Of a DNA stretch of 32,000 nt, positions 26,301 through 32,000 are shown piece after piece. The stretch covers positions 60,001 to 92,000 of the forward strand of contig NZ_FNLK01000008.1 of the NCBI RefSeq assembly GCF_900105015.1, written 5' to 3'. The position numbers and the translations under genes are program-made. This DNA comes from Schaalia meyeri. GTDB taxonomy: Bacteria; Actinomycetota; Actinomycetes; Actinomycetales; Actinomycetaceae. The notes beneath the pieces were generated by a model. The model ran no database searches and was not told the DNA's origin. It saw only the letters and a list, made by a program, of their open reading frames with translations. Position 1 is the stretch's first letter, and every line of letters starts with the position of its first letter.

Positions 26301-27188
26301 GACGGACGCGAGTTCACTCCCCTGCGTTTCCTGACGCAGTCCCAGGCGCGTTTCGACGTGTGGAACTCCCCCCTCAGTGAATGCGGCGTCCTCGCCTTCG
26401 ACTACGGTTACTCGCTCGAAAGCCCCGAAACCCTCACCGTCTGGGAGGCACAGTTCGGTGACTTCGCGAACGGGGCTCAAACCGTCATCGACGAGTTCGT
26501 GTGCTCCGCCGAACAAAAGTGGGGCCAGCGTTCCTCGCTGGTCATGCTGCTCCCCCACGGCCACGAGGGCCAAGGGCCCGACCATTCGAGCGCGCGCATT
26601 GAACGCTACCTGCAGCTGGCCGCCCAGGACAACATGTGGATCGTCCAGCCTTCCACTCCGGCGAACTACTTCCACATGCTGCGCACCCAGGCCTACAAGC
26701 GCCCGCGCAAGCCACTCATCGCCTTCACTCCCAAGCAGCTGCTGCGCCTGTCGGCCGCGGCCTCGCCCATCGACGAGTTCACCTCGGGCGCATTCCAGCC
26801 GGTCATCGGCGACGTCGCGAATCCAGATCCCGCGTCCGTCACGCGCCTCCTGATGTGCTCGGGACGTCTCTACTACGACCTGGCCCATGAGCGCGACCGC
26901 CTCGCCGATTCCTCGACCGCGATCATCCGCTTGGAACAGCTCTATCCCCTGCCCAAAACCGAGATCGCCTCGGTGTTGGGCCAGTACCCGCACGCTTGCC
27001 TCGCGTGGGTGCAGGACGAACCGTGCAACCAGGGCGCGTGGCCTCACCTCGCGCTCAACCTATTCCCCTCCCTGGAACGCCCCGTGCGACTGGTCTCGCG
27101 ACCCGAATCGGCCACGACGGCAGCCGGACGCGCGTCGCTCCACAAGCAACAGGCAGCTACTCTTATTGCCCAGGCATTCGAAGGCTAA
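23316..27188 (+). CDS. kgd: multifunctional 2-oxoglutarate dehydrogenase E1 component fused to an E2-like acyltransferase domain (Kgd/OdhA type)
   Basis: The ORF 23295..27188 encodes about 1290 aa. An N-terminal E2o-like catalytic domain (DHRIIQGA) is followed by an E1o ThDP domain (GDAAFVGQGVV, GHNEGDDPSMTQP). The in-frame GTG at 23316 follows GGAGG, but the GTG at 23295 is also possible. Confidence 0.93.
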   Translation: MPTHTASQPDPRWYIAKMRDLYDRDPQLLDPSWRAYFSTESAPPQLRAARPPIPGAAPATPRAATALARDASVPAHPTTPGGRDAHLTATPPTLDIEEDADAPAYFAPIISVTRSDLPPAPPVALAEATSPYTRQQHGRAAFTRSHDAPSQDEIRVLKSSGRATAKHMEASLSIPTATSQRQIPAKLLIENRALINAHLARTVGGKVSFTHLIGYALVEALCEMPDLNVRYTLEAGKPAAQNLAHIGLGLAIDVADASGNHFLKVPVIHDADTLTFSEFVDAYQDLVSRARAATLTTADFQGASVTLTNPGTLGTTTSVPRLMAGQGLIVGVGATDYPAEFRGVSPKRLASLGIGKTMCLSSTYDHRIIQGAASGRLLGLVDAKLSGRDGFYERVFTSLHVPTRPYSWEADYEYDQSRDKGKPARIAEIIHAYRSRGHLAADTDPLAYRVRQHPDLDISSYGLSVWDLDRPFPTDGFGGVDQMLLRDILTRLHDTYTRTVGIEYMHIQDPSQRAWVQKRIEGPYEAPSPAAQRHILDTLIRAEAFEEFLQTKFVGQKRFSLEGGESLIPLLDHILADSARTGIHEVAIGMAHRGRLNVLANIAGKSYAQIFDEFEGNYVPNSVQGSGDVKYHLGTWGVYSLDDGLATKVYMGANPSHLEAADGVLEGIVRAKQEHLGDPDLPIIPILIHGDAAFVGQGVVQETLNLSQLEGYKTGGTIHVIVNNQIGFTTGPAQGRSTGYATDLAKGLQIPILHVNADDPEAVVRCAHLAFEYRNAFHKDVIIDMLCYRRRGHNEGDDPSMTQPVMYSLINRIPSTRAVYIRGLVGRGQLTEDEARQSIARYEAELGRILEEIRAGGAGAASRVNPGSRTHDPALTAGVGQAGESPNEQWTMPESQLPGTGMMIGWTSAAPEEQLQRIGRAHTRFPEGFHPHPKLRQLCERRHDMSLGRRPIDWGFAELLAFGTLLMEGTGVRLSGEDVGRATFVQRHAILHDATDGREFTPLRFLTQSQARFDVWNSPLSECGVLAFDYGYSLESPETLTVWEAQFGDFANGAQTVIDEFVCSAEQKWGQRSSLVMLLPHGHEGQGPDHSSARIERYLQLAAQDNMWIVQPSTPANYFHMLRTQAYKRPRKPLIAFTPKQLLRLSAAASPIDEFTSGAFQPVIGDVANPDPASVTRLLMCSGRLYYDLAHERDRLADSSTAIIRLEQLYPLPKTEIASVLGQYPHACLAWVQDEPCNQGAWPHLALNLFPSLERPVRLVSRPESATTAAGRASLHKQQAATLIAQAFEG

Positions 27189-27245
27189 CCGGCGTCCTTG
27201 GCTCCCGGTGATCGCGGGCCAAGAACACACCCAGAAAGGACCACC

Positions 27246-27848
27246 ATGCGCATCTGCTTCATCGGCGACGAGCTCGTCGCGGGCGTCGGCGACCCACGAG
27301 GACTGGGATGGGTTGGCCGGGTCAACGCCCACTCGACCTTCGACCTGCCCGCAACATTCCTGACCCTCGCGGTTCCCTCCGAAACAACCAGGCAGATGTC
27401 CTCTCGCTGGGAGTCCGAGGTCCTGCCGCGCCTGGCGGAGGGGGAGCCACACGGCCTCGTCATCGGTGTCGGTCCCGGGGACATTCCGGCCGGTGTTTCC
27501 ACAGCGCGTTCGCGCCTGAACCTGGCGAACATCACCGACCGCGCGACCGCGCTCGGAATCCCCAGCTTCGTAGTCGGTCCCCCTCCCCTGGCGGGAGTCG
27601 ACGCCGGTTCCCTCAAAGCCCTGTCCTCCTCGTGCTCCGAGGTGTGCGCCCGCCGGGGCATTCCCTTCGTCGACTGCTACACGCCGCTGGTCAGCCACGA
27701 CCAGTGGTTCGAGGATATGGCGGCCTCCCTGGCGCGCGGCCAGGACGGCCAGACCCTGCCCGGGCAGGCCGGCTACGCGCTGATGGCGTGGATCGTGCAA
27801 CACCAGGGCTGGTACGAGTGGACGGGAGCAACCCCGGCGGACGCCTAG
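27246..27848 (+). CDS. SGNH/GDSL-fold hydrolase-like protein (canonical Ser and His apparently absent)
   Basis: MRICFIGDELVAGVGDPRGLGWVGRV matches the block-I context of actinobacterial GDSL-type proteins, but it reads GDE rather than GDS. The C-terminal DGQTLPGQAGYALMA sits where DxxH is expected. The ATG at 27246 follows GAAAGGA. Confidence 0.7.
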   Translation: MRICFIGDELVAGVGDPRGLGWVGRVNAHSTFDLPATFLTLAVPSETTRQMSSRWESEVLPRLAEGEPHGLVIGVGPGDIPAGVSTARSRLNLANITDRATALGIPSFVVGPPPLAGVDAGSLKALSSSCSEVCARRGIPFVDCYTPLVSHDQWFEDMAASLARGQDGQTLPGQAGYALMAWIVQHQGWYEWTGATPADA

Positions 27849-28032
27849 GACGGCACACACGCTTCGGAACCCACCTGTACATCCACTCGTCAGAACGCGG
27901 ATCCCAGACACAGATCTTCGCAATAATCGGGATCTCTCGCACACGCATCTGCTTCGTCGCGTTCTTTCCCGCCCCACCCGCGAAGCACCTCAACGCGCCC
28001 GCCCGCGCGCATGCACGCACGGACGCCCGTAC

Positions 28033-28079
28033 GGACGGGTGGACGGGTGGACGGGTGGACGGGTGGACGGGTGGACGGG
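28033..28079 (+). repeat. microsatellite (GGACGGGT) x about 6, G-quadruplex-capable
   Basis: There are five full 8-bp units plus a 7-nt partial unit. This gives six GGG runs separated by 5 nt on the plus strand. Confidence 0.95.
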
Positions 28080-28221
28080 CCATGATACGCCGGAGATTCA
28101 TCCTCGCAGGCGATTTGTAGCGACCTGCAACCGTCCCCAACCCCGCAGACTCCCACAAGGTGCACGCCCCGCGCATAGAGGTGTTCGGCTTGAGCAACCG
28201 CATCGGCCCTGTCGGCGATTC

Positions 28222-28342
28222 CTGGATAGGTTGCGCCGTTCTGGATAGGTTGCGCCGTTCTGGATAGGTTGCGCCGTTCTGGATAGGTTATTTTCCTATC
28301 CAGGAAGCACCGTTCCTATCCAGAACAGCGTTTCCTATCCAG
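28222..28342. repeat. iteron-like array 1: 4 forward CTGGATAGG boxes then 3 reverse CCTATCCAG boxes
   Basis: The forward boxes at 28222, 28241, 28260 and 28279 form a 19-bp tandem unit (CTGGATAGGTTGCGCCGTT). The reverse boxes lie at 28295, 28315 and 28334. The central palindrome is CTGGATAGGttattttCCTATCCAG. Confidence 0.9.
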
Positions 28343-28577
28343 GAGACGCACCGGATGGGAGCTCCGTCCCGTCACAACCACTCATCTCCTCTGCGACCAC
28401 AGTTACACAACCAGTACCCGCAAGATGATGCCAGGCACGTTCACCCTTCACCATCGACATGCGAATACAGAACATATCTTCGGAGTCTTCTCCACAGGGA
28501 ACGGCCACGATTTCCGATATCCACAGGGGTTCAGTTCTAGCTATTGGCCGGGCACACGCCGATATCAAGCTAGAGGT

Positions 28578-29597
28578 ATGAACCGCACTCCTATCGTCAT
28601 CACAGAGACACTATCGACGCCACAGCACCGAGAAGCCGCTCCGGTTATGGTGCGAATCATGCGCGGCATCTTTGCGGCGCTCCCACTCACCTCTGCGGAA
28701 TCATCTCCCTGGGACATCTGGGATGCAGTGAACCGGGCCCGAATGCATGCGGTCAACGTGTCACATCAACAGCCAGTCCTCTATGTTGGCCCCAGTTGCC
28801 TACGACTCAACGGCATCCATGGATGGGTCACGAACCCGCGCATTACCATCTACCGGCCCAGCCGACGGTGCACGTCGCATCTTCCCTCCTGTACTGTCGG
28901 CACAACGACGGTTCCCGGAACAGTCGTCTCATGTTCAAGCATTCCTCCGATTACGAGCGATCGTGAACGTATCAACGGGTTGGAGACAGAACACCCATTC
29001 GATGCACTCATCCGCTGCGCACTCCAGGAGGACCCGCTCGAAGCCTTCACCCTGGGCTGCATGGCGCTACACAAGTGGAGCCATTTCTCCATGTTCGACC
29101 AACCTGTTTGTCGCGAGCAAGCGGAACAGATCCGGTCCCAGCTATTGGAGCGGCTCACCCACGCGACCACTCGACGGGGTTTACAGCGTGCACGCGCAAT
29201 CCTTCGCACCATCGACCCCGGCTGCGAGAACCCAGCCGAGGCAGCGTTACTCTGGCTCGTCCGATCTCTATGCCCATTCCCGGTGCACACACAGGTGCGT
29301 ATCGATGTACGTGGACGACACTATTTCGCAGACATCGTCATTAGAGATCTTCGAATCATCATCGAGTTCGATGGAATCGGAAAAATGGGCGAAACACGCA
29401 GCGGCCTCATGCAGGCAAAACGCGACTGGATCAGACGCGATCAGGACCTCAGGGACGCGGGGTGGAACGTCATCCGAGTCAGTTGGCCGGACTACGCCGA
29501 TTGGGATAGCTTGCGTTTGAGACTGATCCGCACCATCGGGCACACAGGTGCATCTCCAGAGTTTCGCATCCTGTGGAGTCCGCCAGCAGCGCGATGA
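28578..29597 (+). CDS. DUF559 (Vsr-like PD-(D/E)xK endonuclease fold) domain protein with AbiEi-like N-terminal region
   Basis: This is ORF 28425..29597. I prefer the ATG at 28578 (MNRTPIVI), but the start is uncertain. The N-terminal VRIMRGIFAALP resembles the RGVY motif of AbiEi_4-like domains. The C-terminal GRHYFADIVIRDLRIIIEFDGIGKMG...RDQDLRDAGWNVIRVSW is the DUF559 pattern. Confidence 0.75.
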   Translation: MNRTPIVITETLSTPQHREAAPVMVRIMRGIFAALPLTSAESSPWDIWDAVNRARMHAVNVSHQQPVLYVGPSCLRLNGIHGWVTNPRITIYRPSRRCTSHLPSCTVGTTTVPGTVVSCSSIPPITSDRERINGLETEHPFDALIRCALQEDPLEAFTLGCMALHKWSHFSMFDQPVCREQAEQIRSQLLERLTHATTRRGLQRARAILRTIDPGCENPAEAALLWLVRSLCPFPVHTQVRIDVRGRHYFADIVIRDLRIIIEFDGIGKMGETRSGLMQAKRDWIRRDQDLRDAGWNVIRVSWPDYADWDSLRLRLIRTIGHTGASPEFRILWSPPAAR

Positions 29598-29790
29598 GAA
29601 GCTCCACAGCTGACCGATGATGCCGGGCCAGGCCCCACGGAGTCCACCAGCAGAACGACGAGGAGAACCGCAGCTGGCCAGCGATACCGGGCCAGGCCCC
29701 ACGGAGTCCACCAGCAGGGCGATAATGCCGAGCCAGGCCCCATGGACTCCGCCAGCAGCGCGATGAGAAGCTCCAGGTCGCCGCTTCCAC
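29575..29790. repeat. tandem repeat, 64-bp unit, about 3.5 copies
   Basis: The units start with GGAGTCC at 29575, 29639 and 29703. A shortened copy is followed by GGACTCC at 29744. The first unit overlaps the last 7 codons and the stop of the DUF559 gene. The unit length is not a multiple of 3. Confidence 0.85.
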
Positions 29791-29817
29791 GGCAGGAGCA
29801 CCGCAACGGTGTGACTT

Positions 29818-29919
29818 CTGGATAGGAAACGTTCTCCGGGATAGGTTATGACGTTCTGGATAGGTTATTTTCCTATCCAGGAAGCACCGTTCCTATCCAG
29901 AACAGCGTTTCCTATCCAG
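29818..29919. repeat. iteron-like array 2: 3 forward boxes (one degenerate) then 3 reverse boxes
   Basis: The forward boxes lie at 29818, 29837 (CGGGATAGG) and 29856. The reverse boxes lie at 29872, 29892 and 29911. Positions 29852-29919 are identical to 28275-28342, a 68-bp perfect direct repeat. Confidence 0.9.
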
Positions 29920-30503
29920 AAACACCGCCCTGAGGCGAGGCGGCAGCAGGGTAGGCCCCGGCGTAACCACAACACGCCACACAGTCTGCGACGCAGCGAT
30001 TCGACAGCCCGCGGCCTAACGCCGATAGAACAACCAGAACCCACGACAAGCCTCACGAGGCCCGGAAGCCGGGCATCGCCATGCGTGGGGGGCAGCCGAC
30101 GGAGGAGCAGATATATTCGGGTGCGGAAGCCGGGCGTTGCCACGCGTGGGAGCCACGCCCACCACACAGCGGGTTTACTTACCCTCAGCGAGGCGGGCAA
30201 TCACCTATACACAGGTACCCGGAGCCAGGCCTGCCACACGGCGGCTTTGCTGACACCCTGCGTACCCGTACTGCTGGCGAACATATCCAGCATCGGTTCC
30301 TCCTGCACGGGCAGCTTGACCATGGACGCGCGCACCTGCGCGCTAAGATGCGCCGAGGGGCCACCGATGTCCCCCACACGGGCAGCTTGACCATCGCCCC
30401 TGTTGCCATCAGGGGCTATCCACGCAGGCAGATCATCAGGAAGTGAGCGCGCTCGGGGCCCGCGCCGATCCCTGCGGGCCGCGCGGCGGTTCTGCATGGC
30501 GGG

Positions 30504-30540
30504 CAGACAAAACGCGCCCGAACCAACCGGTCCGGGCGCG
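30504..30540 (-). terminator. intrinsic-terminator-like hairpin after bL37
   Basis: CGCGCCCG...CGGGCGCG forms an 8-bp GC stem with an extendable inner stem. On the minus strand it is followed by GTTTTGTC. It lies 15 nt downstream of the bL37 stop. Confidence 0.55.
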
Positions 30541-30554
30541 CGACGTGTAACGGC

Positions 30555-30629
30555 TCAGGCGTTGGGACGCTTGCCGTGGTTCGCGCCGTTCTTACGACGA
30601 TCGCGACGCTTACGACCCCGCTTCGACAT
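30555..30629 (-). CDS. 50S ribosomal protein bL37 (24 aa)
   Basis: MSKRGRKRRDRRKNGANHGKRPNA is embedded in track ORF 30555..30794. The ATG at 30629 is preceded by AAGGAG. The peptide matches my recollection of actinobacterial bL37, but that is from memory only. Confidence 0.7.
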   Translation of the reverse strand: MSKRGRKRRDRRKNGANHGKRPNA

Positions 30630-30869
30630 GTCATTCTCCTTGGGTTTGTTGTCCAGACTGAAGCATTTTTGCACATCTTGATGCAAACCACCATGGCACC
30701 CTCGGGCCCGGCGACGAAGGTCACCGAAAAAATCGGGCGCCGCGAGTCTGGCCGATGGGGCAGATAGCGGCCACGACGAAAACGGCACCCACACGGAAAG
30801 ATGTCCCCGCGATGGAAAACGCCTGCGGCGCGCTAGAAATGCCGCCCATGCCTGGGGAGGGACGCTACG

Positions 30870-31169
30870 TTAACGCCACGTGACGGACACGCTGGTGAGG
30901 GAGGCGACGATGCGGGCGCGCAGGTGAGGGGGCGCTTCCTCAGCCTCGATACAGTCGCGCAGGAGGACGCGCAGGTGGCGTTCGGCGTCCAGCGCGTCGG
31001 CGCAGTGCGGGCATGCGGCGATGTGTTCGCGCATGAGTGCGCGGACGCGGGCGTCGGGTCCGGGGACGGCGCCTTGGTCGATGAGGTCGCTGCGTTGGTC
31101 GCACTCTTCGCAGTCGATGAGCGCGAACAGCGCGTCGAGGACCTGTTGGCAGGTGATGTTCGCGCTCAC
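30870..31169 (-). CDS. rshA: zinc-binding anti-sigma factor (ZAS family, RsrA/RshA type)
   Basis: A 99-aa protein with an HxxxCxxC motif (HIAACPHC) and upstream Cys residues. Its GTG start overlaps the sigma factor stop (GTGA at 31166-31169). Confidence 0.88.
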   Translation of the reverse strand: MSANITCQQVLDALFALIDCEECDQRSDLIDQGAVPGPDARVRALMREHIAACPHCADALDAERHLRVLLRDCIEAEEAPPHLRARIVASLTSVSVTWR

Positions 31170-31798
31170 TTGGCCCCTCCGATTCCGTATTCCGCGGCGA
31201 CGTCGGCCAACGATACGCGCAGGTTCTTGCGCGCCCGGTTGAGGCGGCTCATGACGGTCCCCATGGGAACTCCTAGTTCTTCGGCAATTTCCTTGTAGCT
31301 CATTCCCTCAACGTCAGCCATGAGGACGACCATCCGATGCTCCTCGCTGAGCGAATTGAGAGCGTCGCGCAGCTGCGTGGAGGGCAGTGCTTCCAGGGCT
31401 TCGACTTCGGCTGATTTGAGGCCGGATTCCGCGTGGGAGGCTGCTGCGGCCAGCTGCCAGTCTTCGACGGTGTCGGTGGAGGCTCGCTTGGGGGAGCGCT
31501 GGGCTTTGCGGTAACCGGTGATATAGGTGTTGGTGAGGATCCGGTACAGCCATGCCTTGATGTTGGTGCCTGGCTTGTACTGGTGGAACTTCTGGTAGGC
31601 CTTCAGGTAGGTTTCCTGGACCAGGTCTTCCGCGTCGGCCCGGTTGCGTGTCATGCCCAGGGCCGCTCCGAAGAGCTGGTTCATGAGGGGCATGGCTTCG
31701 TCCATGAAGCGCGCCTGGAGCTGCGCGTCTTCCTCGGTTGACGAGGCCGGGGCGGGGCTGGTGTCCGCTGGCGTCGGTAAGGGGGTCGTCGTGTCCAT
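31166..31798 (-). CDS. sigH: ECF RNA polymerase sigma factor, SigH/SigR type
   Basis: Region 2 ([44 protein letters not shown]) and region 4 ([27 protein letters not shown]) are present. It is co-transcribed with a ZAS anti-sigma factor. Confidence 0.92.
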   Translation of the reverse strand: MDTTTPLPTPADTSPAPASSTEEDAQLQARFMDEAMPLMNQLFGAALGMTRNRADAEDLVQETYLKAYQKFHQYKPGTNIKAWLYRILTNTYITGYRKAQRSPKRASTDTVEDWQLAAAASHAESGLKSAEVEALEALPSTQLRDALNSLSEEHRMVVLMADVEGMSYKEIAEELGVPMGTVMSRLNRARKNLRVSLADVAAEYGIGGAK

Positions 31799-31868
31799 CG
31801 CCTCCCAGCGTAGCCGCGCGCGCGGGCGTCGGGTGTAGCGGGGGCGGACGAGTGATCATACTGAGGGG

Positions 31869-31893
31869 AACGCCTCACGAGCCGCTTTATTCC
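31869..31893 (-). promoter_or_regulatory. SigH/SigR-type autoregulatory promoter candidate (GGAAT-N17-GTT)
   Basis: The minus strand reads GGAATaaagcggctcgtgaggcGTT about 70 nt upstream of the sigH start. This matches the published GGAA(T)-N17/18-GTT consensus form. Confidence 0.55.
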
Positions 31894-32000
31894 ACAACCC
31901 CTCAGAGTGTGCGTTGCAACACTTTTTGCCTGTTGTTTGGGGGCAGCATGGCCATTCGGCTTCCGGATGGGACCGACGTGTCGAACAATAGGGGTATGAA

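Noticed and set aside
23514-27047. 1177-aa minus-strand ORF
   Set aside because: It is antisense to kgd, which has unmistakable E1o/E2o motifs. The product is rich in G, R, A and V with no motifs, so it is a shadow ORF. Other frames across kgd (for example 23411..24211 and 24389..25243) are rejected for the same reason.
28222-28342. Possible CRISPR array
   Set aside because: The 19-bp units are contiguous with no spacers. The array switches orientation midway, and no cas genes or leader are present. It is better described as an iteron or operator-like array.
29268-29806. Three overlapping minus-strand ORFs with repeated peptide segments
   Set aside because: Their repeats derive from the 64-bp tandem repeat, which is not divisible by 3. 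All three frames are open at once, and they are antisense to the 3' end of the DUF559 gene.
28222-29919. CTATCCAG boxes as DnaA boxes / chromosomal oriC
   Set aside because: The box matches TTATCCACA at only 7 of 9 positions. No dnaA, dnaN or AT-rich unwinding element is nearby, and the neighbours (kgd, sigH) are not an origin context. I cannot fully exclude a plasmid- or element-type origin, so that possibility is kept under the iteron finding.
29848-30390. 180-aa plus-strand ORF
   Set aside because: It starts inside iteron array 2. The product is an R/S/P/T-rich low-complexity sequence with no RBS, and the region contains short direct duplications suggestive of decayed DNA.
31948-32000. 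Possible gene start ATGGCCATTCGG... at the right edge
   Set aside because: Only 17 codons are visible, the RBS is weak, and nothing is recognisable. There is not enough evidence to report a feature.

Overview
High-GC actinobacterial chromosome segment. The gene content (fused Kgd/OdhA-type 2-oxoglutarate dehydrogenase, SigH/RshA pair, bL37, argS-lysA) suggests Actinomycetales, possibly Actinomycetaceae, but the taxon is inference only. Housekeeping blocks are argS-lysA, rpiB, tRNA-Arg(CCG), a permease, a glycerophosphodiesterase, an M23 peptidase, two CNNM/CorC-type proteins, kgd, bL37 and rshA-sigH. Three accessory patches interrupt them. (1) 2.5-4.7 kb holds a two-gene secreted/membrane-anchored protein cassette with skewed GT-rich and CA-rich flanks. 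(2) 10.3-18.7 kb contains an intact, translationally coupled five-gene cassette on the minus strand: a small helical protein, a 376-aa protein with a C-terminal glycine zipper, an AT-rich 3-TM protein and two unknowns. I read this as a candidate secreted pore-forming toxin/immunity module, possibly T7SS-linked. It is followed by a decayed IS30-family element with extra solo ends, several pseudogene fragments, one intact small immunity-like gene, and a deleted orphan copy of the glycine-zipper cassette next to glpQ. (3) 28.0-30.5 kb holds a DUF559/Vsr-fold gene bracketed by two iteron-like arrays of a CTGGATAGG box that share a 68-bp perfect direct repeat, together with an 8-bp G-rich microsatellite, a 64-bp tandem repeat and apparently decayed coding remnants. 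Many long ORFs in the track are antisense shadow ORFs typical of high-GC DNA and are rejected. All functional calls come from reading motifs by eye; no searches were run.
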